Shown here one piece after another: positions 15,270 to 24,526 of a stretch of 30,461 nt of DNA. The translations under genes were made by a program, and so were the position numbers. Each line of letters starts with the position of its first letter. Position 1 is the first letter of the stretch. Origin of the DNA: an uncultured Syntrophobacterales bacterium (GTDB lineage: Bacteria > Desulfobacterota > Syntrophobacteria > Syntrophobacterales > Thermodesulforhabdaceae); assembly GCA_964634695.1 (NCBI GenBank), contig CAZWJX010000007.1:1-30461 (forward strand), read 5' to 3'. The notes under the pieces are model-generated. The model was not told where the DNA came from. It saw only the letters and a program-made list of their open reading frames with translations, and did no database searches.

Positions 15270-16406
15270 ATGAAGAAAAGCTTATCTTGCCTGATTGTAG
15301 GAATTTGCGGACTCTTGTTATTTTGCCAGGGCGCCATAGCCGCAGACACCATAAAAATCGGCCTTATGGGCCCTATGACGGGAAAGTGGGCGAGCGAAGG
15401 ACAGGAAATGAAACAGGTGCTTGACCTTCTTCTGGAAGATGTTAACTCAAAAGGTGGTATCAACGGAGCAAAAGTAGAATTGATCACAGAAGACGATGGC
15501 GGCGACCCACGCACCGCAGCTCTCGCTGCACAGAGGCTTGTCACCCAGAAAGTGGTTGCAGTCATAGGGACATACGGTTCATCGGTCACAGAAGCTTCTC
15601 AGGGAATTTTTAACGAAGCAAAGATCATCCAGATAGCAAACGGTTCAACGGCTATAAGGCTTACGGAGAAGAAACTTCCTTACTTTTTCCGCACCTGCCC
15701 CCGAGATGATGAACAGGCCAAGGTAGCCGTCCAGACCATTAAGAAGCTTGGTGCTAAAAACGTTGCTATACTCCACGACAACACAACGTACGCGAAAGGG
15801 CTAGCCGAAGAAGCTAAAGGGCTTCTTGAAAAAGAAGGTGGAGCCGTAAAGGTCGTCTTTTTTGATGCTCTAACTCCAGGTGAACAAGATTACACGGCAA
15901 TTCTTACCAAACTCAAAGGCGCATCCCCCGATCTGGTATTTTTCACCGGTTATTATCCCGAAGCAGGCCTCCTTCTCAAGCAGAAGAAGGAAATGAAGTG
16001 GGACGTTCCTTTCATCGGCGGTGATGCTACCAATAATCCCGATCTTGTGAAGATAGCCGGGAAAGAAGCGGCTGCAGGTTTCTATTTTCTCAGCGCTCCC
16101 CTTCCAAAAGACCTTCCCGGCGGTGAAGCTAAAACTCTTCTTGAGGCTTTCTCCAAAAAATACGGACACCTTCCCAACTCCATTTATGCAGTTCTTGCGG
16201 GCGATGGTTTTCGCGTAATCGTAAAGGCCATAGAGGCTACAAAATCTACGGATCCAGACAAACTGGCAAATTATCTCCATAAAGAGCTTAAAGACTTCCC
16301 CGGTTTTACCGGTCCAATAGCCTTCGATGAAAAAGGTGATCGCGTGGGCGAAGTTTATAAAGTTTATAAGGTTGACGAAAACGGTCAATTTGTTTTACAG
16401 CCTTAG
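15270..16406 (+). CDS. livK: Branched-chain amino acid ABC transporter substrate-binding protein
   Basis: Signal peptide, IKIGLMGPMTG, DDGGDP, FFRTCPRDDEQ, HDNTTYAKGLA; AGGAGG SD. Confidence 0.9.
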   Translation: MKKSLSCLIVGICGLLLFCQGAIAADTIKIGLMGPMTGKWASEGQEMKQVLDLLLEDVNSKGGINGAKVELITEDDGGDPRTAALAAQRLVTQKVVAVIGTYGSSVTEASQGIFNEAKIIQIANGSTAIRLTEKKLPYFFRTCPRDDEQAKVAVQTIKKLGAKNVAILHDNTTYAKGLAEEAKGLLEKEGGAVKVVFFDALTPGEQDYTAILTKLKGASPDLVFFTGYYPEAGLLLKQKKEMKWDVPFIGGDATNNPDLVKIAGKEAAAGFYFLSAPLPKDLPGGEAKTLLEAFSKKYGHLPNSIYAVLAGDGFRVIVKAIEATKSTDPDKLANYLHKELKDFPGFTGPIAFDEKGDRVGEVYKVYKVDENGQFVLQP

Positions 16407-16421
16407 CGCTTTGTGAAATTG

Positions 16422-16438
16422 AACCGGGGTGCCCGGTT
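16422..16438 (+). other. Intercistronic stem-loop between livK and livH
   Basis: AACCGGG-GTG-CCCGGTT, a perfect 7-bp stem with no U-tract. Confidence 0.55.
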
Positions 16439-16491
16439 GTCGTCATATGGCACTCCGGTAAAAAACTCCTTAAGGCAAAAGAAGAAAGGAA

Positions 16492-17397
16492 ATGGAAAAT
16501 TTTCTTCAACAACTGTTGAACGGGTTATCTCTTGGCGGAATCTACGCTCTGATCGCTCTCGGCTACACCATGGTTTACGGTGTGCTGAAGCTGATAAACT
16601 TCGCCCACGGCGATCTGTTCACCATAGGTGCATATATTGGTTTTACTCTGCTCGTCTCCTGCGGAATATCGAATTTAGTGGGTCCTTTCGGCGCCATTGT
16701 AATTCTTGCGGCTACGGTTATGCTGCTCGTAGCAATCATTGGCGTGTGTCTTGAGCGAACCGCATATCGCCCATTGCGTAATTCTCCCCGTCTTTCTGCC
16801 GTTGTGTCTGCACTCGGAGCATCTATATTCCTGCAGAATGCCGTTATGCTCATTTACGGCGCAAGGTTTCACGTTTATCCACAGGGATTATTTACAAAAT
16901 CCAGCATTTATGTCTTCGGCCTTTATCTTCCGCTGGTAAAGGTTTTTGTTCTTGCTGTATCTCTGGCCGTAATGGCATTCCTCTACATTTTCATCCAGAA
17001 AACTCTTACCGGCGCTGCAATACGTGCGGTAGCTCTTGATCACAATGCGGCTCGACTTGTCGGAATAAACGTGGATCGAGTTGTAACGCTCGTGTTCGTT
17101 ATCGGTCCTGCTCTGGGAGGACTTGCCGGGCTGATGGTGGGGTTACTCTACGGGCAGATTAACTTCACAATGGGATGGCTCTACGGTTTAAAAGCCTTTA
17201 CGGCCGCTATCCTCGGCGGAATTGGAAACATTCCCGGAGCGATGCTCGGCGGTATAATTCTCGGAGTTATTGAATCTATGGCCTCAGGGTATCTTTCTCT
17301 GGCGTGGAAAGACGCTGTAACCTTTTTCGCGCTAATTCTTATTCTCACAGTTAGACCGACCGGAATTCTCGGAGAACGAATAGCAGAAAAGGTATGA
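16492..17397 (+). CDS. livH: Branched-chain amino acid ABC transporter permease
   Basis: QQLLNGLSLGGIYALIALGYTMVYGVLKLINFAHG...KAFTAAILGGIGNIPGA. Confidence 0.92.
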   Translation: MENFLQQLLNGLSLGGIYALIALGYTMVYGVLKLINFAHGDLFTIGAYIGFTLLVSCGISNLVGPFGAIVILAATVMLLVAIIGVCLERTAYRPLRNSPRLSAVVSALGASIFLQNAVMLIYGARFHVYPQGLFTKSSIYVFGLYLPLVKVFVLAVSLAVMAFLYIFIQKTLTGAAIRAVALDHNAARLVGINVDRVVTLVFVIGPALGGLAGLMVGLLYGQINFTMGWLYGLKAFTAAILGGIGNIPGAMLGGIILGVIESMASGYLSLAWKDAVTFFALILILTVRPTGILGERIAEKV

Positions 17398-18356
17398 AAA
17401 AACCCGGACGCATTCCACCTCTGATAATTTTTTTTGCCGTTTTATTCGTGTTGCCGCCCTTTCTTGATCCCTACTGGATCGATGTGCTTAACAGCGTCGG
17501 ACTTTATGCCGCGCTGGGTATCAGCTTGAATCTTATCGTTGGACATACGGGACTTTTCAATCTGGGTCACGCCGCTTTTTATGCCATTGGAGCCTACACG
17601 GCGGCGATATTAAACACAAAGTTCCAGATCCCTATGCTCCCATTGATACCCCTTTCGGGACTTGCCGCAGGGCTTTTTGCCTTTATTGTTATGCGTCCTA
17701 TTATTCACCTTCGAGGCGACTATCTCTGCATCGTGACCATAGGCATCGGTGAAATTGTAAGAATAGCTCTGGTGAATAACGTTTTCGGCATAACAGGTGG
17801 AGCCAATGGAATATTTGGCATATCAAGGCCTGATCTATTGGGCTACACGATCAGAACGCCCCATCAATTTTTCTACCTTATATGGATCTTTTTGCTCATC
17901 ACGATATTTCTTTTTAAAAATCTGGAAAACTCACGGGTTGGCAGAGCATTCAACTACGTGAGAGACGACGAAGTGGCCGCTCAGGGCTGCGGTGTTAATG
18001 TGCCTCTTTATAAACTCACTGCCTTTGTCATAGGCGCCGTCTGGGCAGGAATGACGGGAAATATCTTTGCAGCCAAGATGAGCATAATATCGCCCGAATC
18101 CTTCAGCTTCTGGGAATCGGTCATCATGTTCGCGATAGTGATACTCGGAGGCGCCGGAAGCATTGAAGGAGTTCTGGTCGGAGCCTTCCTGATCATCGGA
18201 CTTCCGGAAATATTCCGCGATCTATCAAGCGCTCGTATGCTGGTCTTCGGAATTGCCATGATCGTCATGATGATACTCAGGCCTAAAGGGCTTATTCCAC
18301 CGAAGCTGAGACGCTTTGAAGTAAAGGAACTCACTGAAAGGAACTATTCGGCATGA
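17394..18356 (+). CDS. livM: Branched-chain amino acid ABC transporter permease
   Basis: LNLIVGHTGLFNLGHAAFYAIGAY, LRGDYLCIVTIGIGEI, SRVGRAF, VILGG. Confidence 0.92.
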   Translation: MKKPGRIPPLIIFFAVLFVLPPFLDPYWIDVLNSVGLYAALGISLNLIVGHTGLFNLGHAAFYAIGAYTAAILNTKFQIPMLPLIPLSGLAAGLFAFIVMRPIIHLRGDYLCIVTIGIGEIVRIALVNNVFGITGGANGIFGISRPDLLGYTIRTPHQFFYLIWIFLLITIFLFKNLENSRVGRAFNYVRDDEVAAQGCGVNVPLYKLTAFVIGAVWAGMTGNIFAAKMSIISPESFSFWESVIMFAIVILGGAGSIEGVLVGAFLIIGLPEIFRDLSSARMLVFGIAMIVMMILRPKGLIPPKLRRFEVKELTERNYSA

Positions 18357-19123
18357 TACTCCTTGCTGTCCAGCGAATCACCAAAAGCTTCGGCGGACTT
18401 GTAGCTGTTAACAATGTCTCTTTCGAAGTAGAATCTGGATCAATCGTCGGACTTATCGGACCAAACGGCGCCGGAAAAACCACTGTATTTAACGTCATAA
18501 CGGGCATATACCGGCCTGATAAAGGTGAGGTGATCTTCGGTGGTGAATCGATCACGCTGAAAAAATCGTACGAGATCGTAAAGCTCGGCATAGCAAGAAC
18601 CTTTCAGACCATTCGTCTCTTTTCCCAGCTCAGCGTTCTTGAAAACGTGCTTGCCGGCTTTCACTGCCGCACCAAGTCATGGATCTTCAGCGCCATGTTT
18701 CGATTGCCCGGCGCACAGCGGGAGGAAAGGCAAAAAATTGAAGAATCCCTTCGACTCCTCGAGTTCGTAGGAATCGAACAATACTACAATTTACCTGCAG
18801 GAAGCCTTTCTTACGGCAATCAGAGGCTTCTGGAAATTGCCCGAGCTCTGGCTACTTCGCCCAAGCTTCTCATCCTCGATGAGCCGGCGGGGGGCATGAA
18901 TGAAAAGGAAACAGCAGAGCTTATTCAGCTCATCCGCAAGATTCGCGATCGTGGAATTACAGTTCTTCTAATCGAACACGACATGAATGTGGTGATGGAC
19001 GTTTGCGAAAAGGTCGTCGTGCTCGAATACGGCTCAAAAATAGCCGAAGGGACGCCGGAAGAGATCAGGCGAAATCCCAGAGTAATCGAAGCCTATCTTG
19101 GAACGGGCGAAAACGAGGTTTAG
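18353..19123 (+). CDS. livG: Branched-chain amino acid ABC transporter ATP-binding protein
   Basis: Walker A GPNGAGKT, GIARTFQ, LSYGNQR, LILDEPAGG, LLIEHDM, VIEAYLG. Confidence 0.93.
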   Translation: MILLAVQRITKSFGGLVAVNNVSFEVESGSIVGLIGPNGAGKTTVFNVITGIYRPDKGEVIFGGESITLKKSYEIVKLGIARTFQTIRLFSQLSVLENVLAGFHCRTKSWIFSAMFRLPGAQREERQKIEESLRLLEFVGIEQYYNLPAGSLSYGNQRLLEIARALATSPKLLILDEPAGGMNEKETAELIQLIRKIRDRGITVLLIEHDMNVVMDVCEKVVVLEYGSKIAEGTPEEIRRNPRVIEAYLGTGENEV

Positions 19124-19126
19124 GCG

Positions 19127-19837
19127 ATGCTTCTGAAAGTGGAAGGGCTCGTGGTTAAATATGGAAATATCGAAGCACTGCACGGAATAGACCTTCAGGT
19201 TGACGAAGGCGAAATCGTGACAATCCTCGGAGCAAACGGAGCCGGCAAATCCACGACTCTTCTCACCATAAGCGGCTTAACCCGTCCGGCAAGCGGAAGT
19301 ATTTTCTTTGACAATCAGCCAATACATAAGCTTCCGCCCCACCAGATTGTAAAACTGGGGATAGCGCAGGTTCCCGAAGGCCGGCGACTCTTTGCAACTC
19401 TCACCGTGAGGGAAAATCTTCTTCTCGGGTCCATAACCCAGAATGACCGTTCGAAAGTAGCAGAGATGGAAGAACGGATATATGAGATGTTTCCGATACT
19501 CAAAGAGCGTCGCTCTCAGCTTGCCGGAACGCTAAGCGGTGGCGAACAGCAGATGCTTGCCATCGGAAGAGCTCTCATGAGCCGCCCGCGACTGCTTCTT
19601 CTCGATGAGCCAAGTCTCGGGCTTGCACCCCTGCTGGTAAAAAGCATCTTTCAGACCATTCAGGAAATAAACCAGAAAGAGGGGGTGACCGTCCTCCTTG
19701 TGGAGCAGAACGCCCGGGCTGCTCTTACGATAGCCCATCGTGGCTACGTGATGGAAACGGGACGTATAGCCCTGACCGATAGTGCAGCTGCGCTTCTTAA
19801 CAATCCGGACGTAAAAAGAGCTTATTTAGGCGGTTAA
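19127..19837 (+). CDS. livF: Branched-chain amino acid ABC transporter ATP-binding protein
   Basis: GANGAGKS, VPEGRR, LSGGEQQ, LLLDEPSLGLAP, LLVEQN, VKRAYLG. Confidence 0.93.
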   Translation: MLLKVEGLVVKYGNIEALHGIDLQVDEGEIVTILGANGAGKSTTLLTISGLTRPASGSIFFDNQPIHKLPPHQIVKLGIAQVPEGRRLFATLTVRENLLLGSITQNDRSKVAEMEERIYEMFPILKERRSQLAGTLSGGEQQMLAIGRALMSRPRLLLLDEPSLGLAPLLVKSIFQTIQEINQKEGVTVLLVEQNARAALTIAHRGYVMETGRIALTDSAAALLNNPDVKRAYLGG

Positions 19838-21007
19838 TTATCCAAATTGCCGTCTGAACCTGTAGGCCCCGATCACGAAAGCTGCGGTTCCCAGAAGTGA
19901 AAGTCCCAGGAACAACTTCCAGAGCACTTTAAACCCGGCGCCTCGAAGCAGGATCCCATAGCTCATCTCGATGAAATAATAGAGGGGAGAAAGATGGATG
20001 GCTCGACGAAGCCACAGAGGCATAGCTTCCGGTGGTGTCCACGTGCCGGAAAGCAGCACCACAGGCATGGCAACAACGAGAACCATCATTGTGACCTGGG
20101 CAAGATTCCTCGCAAAGGTTGCTATAAAAAGTCCCATGCCTGAAACTGCCACAGTGTAGAGTGCGACGGTAACAAAAAACAGAACAAGACTTCCTTTTAT
20201 GGGAATATCAAACACGCCTTTAATCACTCCGAAGAGAGCCGCTGCCGTTCCGATAAGAACCACCAGCGTCATAGATACCACCTTCGGGATCATGACCTGA
20301 GCTGGCGTAAGAGGAGAAACCAAAAGTTGCTCAATTGTCCCTCGTTCTTTCTCTCTCACGGCAGCCGCTGCAGGAAGGATTAACCCGCAGATAGTTATCA
20401 CGGTAAGAAGTTCGGAAATAGGCAAAAACCAGGCGTCCTGCTGGTTAGGGTTATACCAGACACGAACCCGAAGATCTACTCGTGGAATAGTTTCCAGCCT
20501 GTCTGGATGGATTTTCATCACATCAAGCGCCATATCAAGGGCATAGTCGCCAATGATCCGGGCGCCGTAGGTTGAAGCCAGCGTCCCCAGAGCGGTATTG
20601 CTCCCATCTATCATCATCTGAACATCAACAGCCCTGCCGTCGTGTAAATTCCGCCAGAAATGCTCAGGAATGTCGAGAAAAACCATTGCCCTGCCGCGAT
20701 CGAGCATTTCGATCCCCTCGCGATCGCTCAATACCTCACCTTCCAGCCGGAAATAGGGCGGTCGGAATCTGGCGATCAGTTCTCGAGATGCCTCACTGTG
20801 ATCAAGGTCTCGAACGATGAGCCCTACCCGATGAAGCTCCAGAGGCACATTACTGCTCAACCAGATATCGAGTGTAAACATGTAGGCTATCGCTATCAGA
20901 AGAATCCTGTCTCGAGAAAGTTGAAGTAGCTCTTTTACCGTAAGAGCCCAGATGCGAATCAACCACAAATGCAAACTTTGAAAGGTAGAAGACGCACGCA
21001 CGTTCAT
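19838..21007 (-). CDS. ABC-2 type exporter permease (YhhJ/YbhR-like)
   Basis: KELLQLSRD, VWYNPN, AVREKERGTIEQLLVSP; multiple TM segments. Confidence 0.88.
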   Translation of the reverse strand: MNVRASSTFQSLHLWLIRIWALTVKELLQLSRDRILLIAIAYMFTLDIWLSSNVPLELHRVGLIVRDLDHSEASRELIARFRPPYFRLEGEVLSDREGIEMLDRGRAMVFLDIPEHFWRNLHDGRAVDVQMMIDGSNTALGTLASTYGARIIGDYALDMALDVMKIHPDRLETIPRVDLRVRVWYNPNQQDAWFLPISELLTVITICGLILPAAAAVREKERGTIEQLLVSPLTPAQVMIPKVVSMTLVVLIGTAAALFGVIKGVFDIPIKGSLVLFFVTVALYTVAVSGMGLFIATFARNLAQVTMMVLVVAMPVVLLSGTWTPPEAMPLWLRRAIHLSPLYYFIEMSYGILLRGAGFKVLWKLFLGLSLLGTAAFVIGAYRFRRQFG

Positions 21008-21021
21008 ACCGAATATCCTCT

Positions 21022-22176
21022 TCAGGATTTTGGACGCTTGGAAAACATCATAAAACTAATAACCCACAATACTGCGGCGTATATTGCAAGAGCGAGTACT
21101 CTATCCCACAGATCAGCTACACCGACGTTTTTTAGAAAACTGCCGAGAACGATGTCAGTAAAATACATGGCCGGGAAGAGATGAGCCTGGAACTGACCAA
21201 CGGTCTCCATGGAAGACACCGGAATAAACAGCCCGGAATAAAGCATCGAAGGAACCACCGTTAAAACAACCGTAACCATCATGGCTGCTACCTGAGTCCT
21301 GACTATTAGTGACACCAGAAGTCCTATACCGGTTGTGCAGATAACGTAAACGGCGGAAGAGCAAAAGAAAAAGAGCGGGTCGCCTTTGAACGGCGTGCCG
21401 AACAGAAAGACCGTCCATACCCAGAGGATTACGCTGTTGAGTATGGAAATGAAAACATAGGGCGCAAGCTTCCCGAGAATGAATTCACCACGAGTCACGG
21501 TAGAACAGTAAATGTTATAAATCGACCCGAACTCTTTTTCTCTCACCACGCCAAGAGCCGTTAAAAACGGCGGGGATACCATGAGAACAAACATGATCAT
21601 CGCCGCGGAAATAGACCACGTGCTCTTGAGTTCCTGATTATAAAGATACCTGATCTGGACTCGCACAGGCTGGGCTCGATCTTCTGCCCGATCTCGAGGA
21701 ATCCCCATCTGCTTCGACAGATGATCGGCAAGAAGCTCCGTATTGAAGGCCGCGTTCATGGCAAGCACGTATCCTTTGCTTGTCATTGATCTAAATGGAA
21801 ACACACCATCGATAATGCTCTGTACTGTAGTTGCCCGGCCAGAGCGAATGTCCCGTTCAAAATGCTCGGGAATTATCAGCGCAAAACGGATACGGCTCGC
21901 TTCAAACAGGGGCTTTAAGAGGGCCTCATCTTCAACATCGCCTTTGTAGTCGAAATATCGTGAACCGATAAATCTATAGATATAGTCACGGCTCGTAGGG
22001 GTTCTGTCGTAGTCCACAACGCAAAAGGGAATGTTCTCGACGTCAAGAATCAGGCCATAACCGAAGACAAGGAGCATGAAGCTTGGAACAAAAAAAGCCA
22101 GCACCAGAAAGAGTCTGTCCCGGACAATTTCTCGCCATTCTTTGTAAGCTATTGCAATCACCCGTTCCAGATTCAT
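21022..22176 (-). CDS. ABC-2 type exporter permease (YbhS-like)
   Basis: KEWREIVRD, VVDYDRT, YLYNQEL, VVREKEFGSI, FILGKLAPY. Confidence 0.88.
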   Translation of the reverse strand: MNLERVIAIAYKEWREIVRDRLFLVLAFFVPSFMLLVFGYGLILDVENIPFCVVDYDRTPTSRDYIYRFIGSRYFDYKGDVEDEALLKPLFEASRIRFALIIPEHFERDIRSGRATTVQSIIDGVFPFRSMTSKGYVLAMNAAFNTELLADHLSKQMGIPRDRAEDRAQPVRVQIRYLYNQELKSTWSISAAMIMFVLMVSPPFLTALGVVREKEFGSIYNIYCSTVTRGEFILGKLAPYVFISILNSVILWVWTVFLFGTPFKGDPLFFFCSSAVYVICTTGIGLLVSLIVRTQVAAMMVTVVLTVVPSMLYSGLFIPVSSMETVGQFQAHLFPAMYFTDIVLGSFLKNVGVADLWDRVLALAIYAAVLWVISFMMFSKRPKS

Positions 22177-22198
22177 GGAGACTGATCCTTTCTACGAG

Positions 22199-22535
22199 TC
22201 TTACACCGTCATTGCGAGCCCGAGCGAAGCGAAGGGTGAAGCAATCTCGTTAGTGTGTCATTGCGAAGAGCGAAGCGACGAAGCAATCTCGTCATTGTCT
22301 TTTTATGAGATTGCCACGGCTGCCTTGCGGCAGCCTCGCAATGACTCTCACGCCCGTCGTTGCAATGACTCTCACGCCCGTCGTTGCAATGACCCTCAGG
22401 CCCGTCATTGCGAGCGAAGCGAAGCAATCTCTCTGTTGTTCTTCTTTTATGAGATTGCCACGGCCACTTCGTGGCCTCGCAATGACGGAAAAGAAAACGT
22501 GGTCTCGCAATGACAGTATAAGAGGCCTCGCAATG
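22199..22535. repeat. REP/BIME-like array 3 inside the ABC exporter operon, bounded by 20-bp inverted repeats and containing a 24-bp tandem repeat
   Basis: IR 22199-22218/22504-22523 (18/20); A 22208-22248, A 22257-22290, B 22307-22345, 3x24 bp 22338-22409, A 22404-22431, B 22451-22486, two partial B. Confidence 0.95.
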
Positions 22536-22558
22536 CTTCATTTTCGCTGCATTCATCC

Positions 22559-24526
22559 TCACGATGACACAAATCGCTCAAGCTTTGTAATGCGATAAAT
22601 AAACACATCCTCAAGAGTGGGCTCCTGAAGAACAATATCGACAGGAGTGCCGTCTTTTAAAGTCTCTCTAATGTGGCGCATTGCCTCTTCCACATTGCGA
22701 GCAAAAACGTGAATCCTGTCTCCGAAAAAGGAGGCTTCCGGATATGTCGGTCGCAGCTTCCCCAGGGCTGAAAAAGGATCTTTTGTTCTAATGGCAAGAA
22801 GTTCTCCAACTTCGGCCTTCAGTTGAGCCTTCAGCGAGGATGGAGAGTCATAGGCAACAATACGACCTGCGTGCATAATAGCCAGACGATCGCAGTGTTC
22901 CGCTTCGCTCATGTAGTGAGTCGTTATAAGTATGGCAACGCCTTCAGCCCGGGCGAGGTGAGTGAGTATGTCCCAGAAACGGCGTCTTCCCAGAGGATCT
23001 ACGCCGGAAGTAGGTTCATCGAGAAAAAGTATATGGGGCGAATGAATGATGGCACAGGCCAGAGCAAGACGCTGACGGATGCCCATGGGAAGTCTTCCGG
23101 CAAGGCTCTCTTCGTATCCACCAAGACCTGTCAAATCGATCACTTCAGCAATCCGCTCTGAAGCTTTTTTACCGGAAACTCCGTAAATACCGGCAAATAG
23201 GCGTAGATTTTCCATAACGGTAAGATCCTGATAGAGCGAAAAAGCCTGTGACATATAACCTATGCGTTCCTTGATCGCCTTGCCAGCCCGACGCATATCA
23301 ACGCCTGCAATTCTGCCTTCTCCGCTGGTAGGAGGAAGAATCCCCGTGAGCATTTTAATGAGAGTCGTCTTTCCTGCACCGTTAGCCCCGAGAAGGCCGA
23401 AGATTTCGCCTCGTCTAACCTCAAAACTTGCTCTGTCAACGGCGCGAAAAGAACCGAAGTCCCGCGTCAATTCACAGGCTTCAATGACGACCTCGCCGGA
23501 GGAAAAACCGCGAATATCTTCCCTTGCACTTTCAGGAATTTTTTCTGTTTCCGCCGGATAGCCACTCCCGATAATTGACGATGCTCCTTGACGATCACGG
23601 CGAAGCAGAGCAACGAAGACATCTTCAAGCGTGGGATCAGTTTCTTCCACGCGGGTTATAGTTATCCCTTTGAGAAGTTCCGTGACCGGTTCCCCGGGAG
23701 ATTCGTTATCCACAAGAACCCGGATATACCCACCAAGGTTATCAACATGAGAAAATATCGACCGAAGTCTAGTGATTGCACCTATTTGATCGGGGGTTAC
23801 AATCTCAAAAACATTCCCCGGCAGTTCTCTTCGTAACCCTGCAGGATCCCCGCTCGCAAGAACTCGTCCGTCGAACATGAAAGCCAGCCGGTGGAATCGC
23901 TCAGCTTCGTCCAGATAAGCCGTAGAAACAATCGCCGTTATGCCCTGAGTGTAGAGAAGCTCTGTCAGAATCTCCCAGAAGTCCCGTCTTGAGACGGGAT
24001 CAACGCCCGTTGTGGGTTCATCAAGGATAATTAGTTCCGGCTGGTGTATGAGTGTGCAGATCAGTCCCAGTTTCTGTTTCATGCCACCGGAAAGATGCTT
24101 CATCGCACGGTCGGTGAAGCGATCAAGGCGGGTCATGGCAAGGAGTTTTTTCTTTCGCTCCTCCAGTTCCCGACCTTTAACGCCTCTAAGTCTGGCGAAA
24201 AAATCTATGTTTTCTTCTACCGAAAGCTCAGCATAAAGGTTAAGCCCCAGCCCCTGTGGCATGAACCCTATGCGATGTTTAACAAGTTCGGCAGACTCTT
24301 CCGAATCGAGACTCACACCGAAAACTTCAACAATACCTTTGTCGAAGGAGAGCACTCCTGCGATAGCCTTCATCAGGGTGCTCTTCCCTGCCCCGTCGGG
24401 TCCTATCAATCCGAAAATTTCGCCCCGGTTTATTTCGAGACTGACTTTCTCCACAGCCCGACGTTTGTTATAGCTTTTGGCAAAATCTATTACCCTGACA
24501 ACAGGAGAAACTGCATGGTTTACCAT
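22559..24526 (-). CDS. ABC transporter ATP-binding protein with two ATPase domains (YbhF/RbbA-like), 655 aa from ATG 24526
   Basis: GPDGAGKS/LSGGMKQ/LDEPTTGVDP and GANGAGKT/LPMGIRQ/LDEPTSGVDP; ATG 24526 overlaps the upstream stop (ATGGTAA). Confidence 0.9.
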   Translation of the reverse strand: MVNHAVSPVVRVIDFAKSYNKRRAVEKVSLEINRGEIFGLIGPDGAGKSTLMKAIAGVLSFDKGIVEVFGVSLDSEESAELVKHRIGFMPQGLGLNLYAELSVEENIDFFARLRGVKGRELEERKKKLLAMTRLDRFTDRAMKHLSGGMKQKLGLICTLIHQPELIILDEPTTGVDPVSRRDFWEILTELLYTQGITAIVSTAYLDEAERFHRLAFMFDGRVLASGDPAGLRRELPGNVFEIVTPDQIGAITRLRSIFSHVDNLGGYIRVLVDNESPGEPVTELLKGITITRVEETDPTLEDVFVALLRRDRQGASSIIGSGYPAETEKIPESAREDIRGFSSGEVVIEACELTRDFGSFRAVDRASFEVRRGEIFGLLGANGAGKTTLIKMLTGILPPTSGEGRIAGVDMRRAGKAIKERIGYMSQAFSLYQDLTVMENLRLFAGIYGVSGKKASERIAEVIDLTGLGGYEESLAGRLPMGIRQRLALACAIIHSPHILFLDEPTSGVDPLGRRRFWDILTHLARAEGVAILITTHYMSEAEHCDRLAIMHAGRIVAYDSPSSLKAQLKAEVGELLAIRTKDPFSALGKLRPTYPEASFFGDRIHVFARNVEEAMRHIRETLKDGTPVDIVLQEPTLEDVFIYRITKLERFVSS

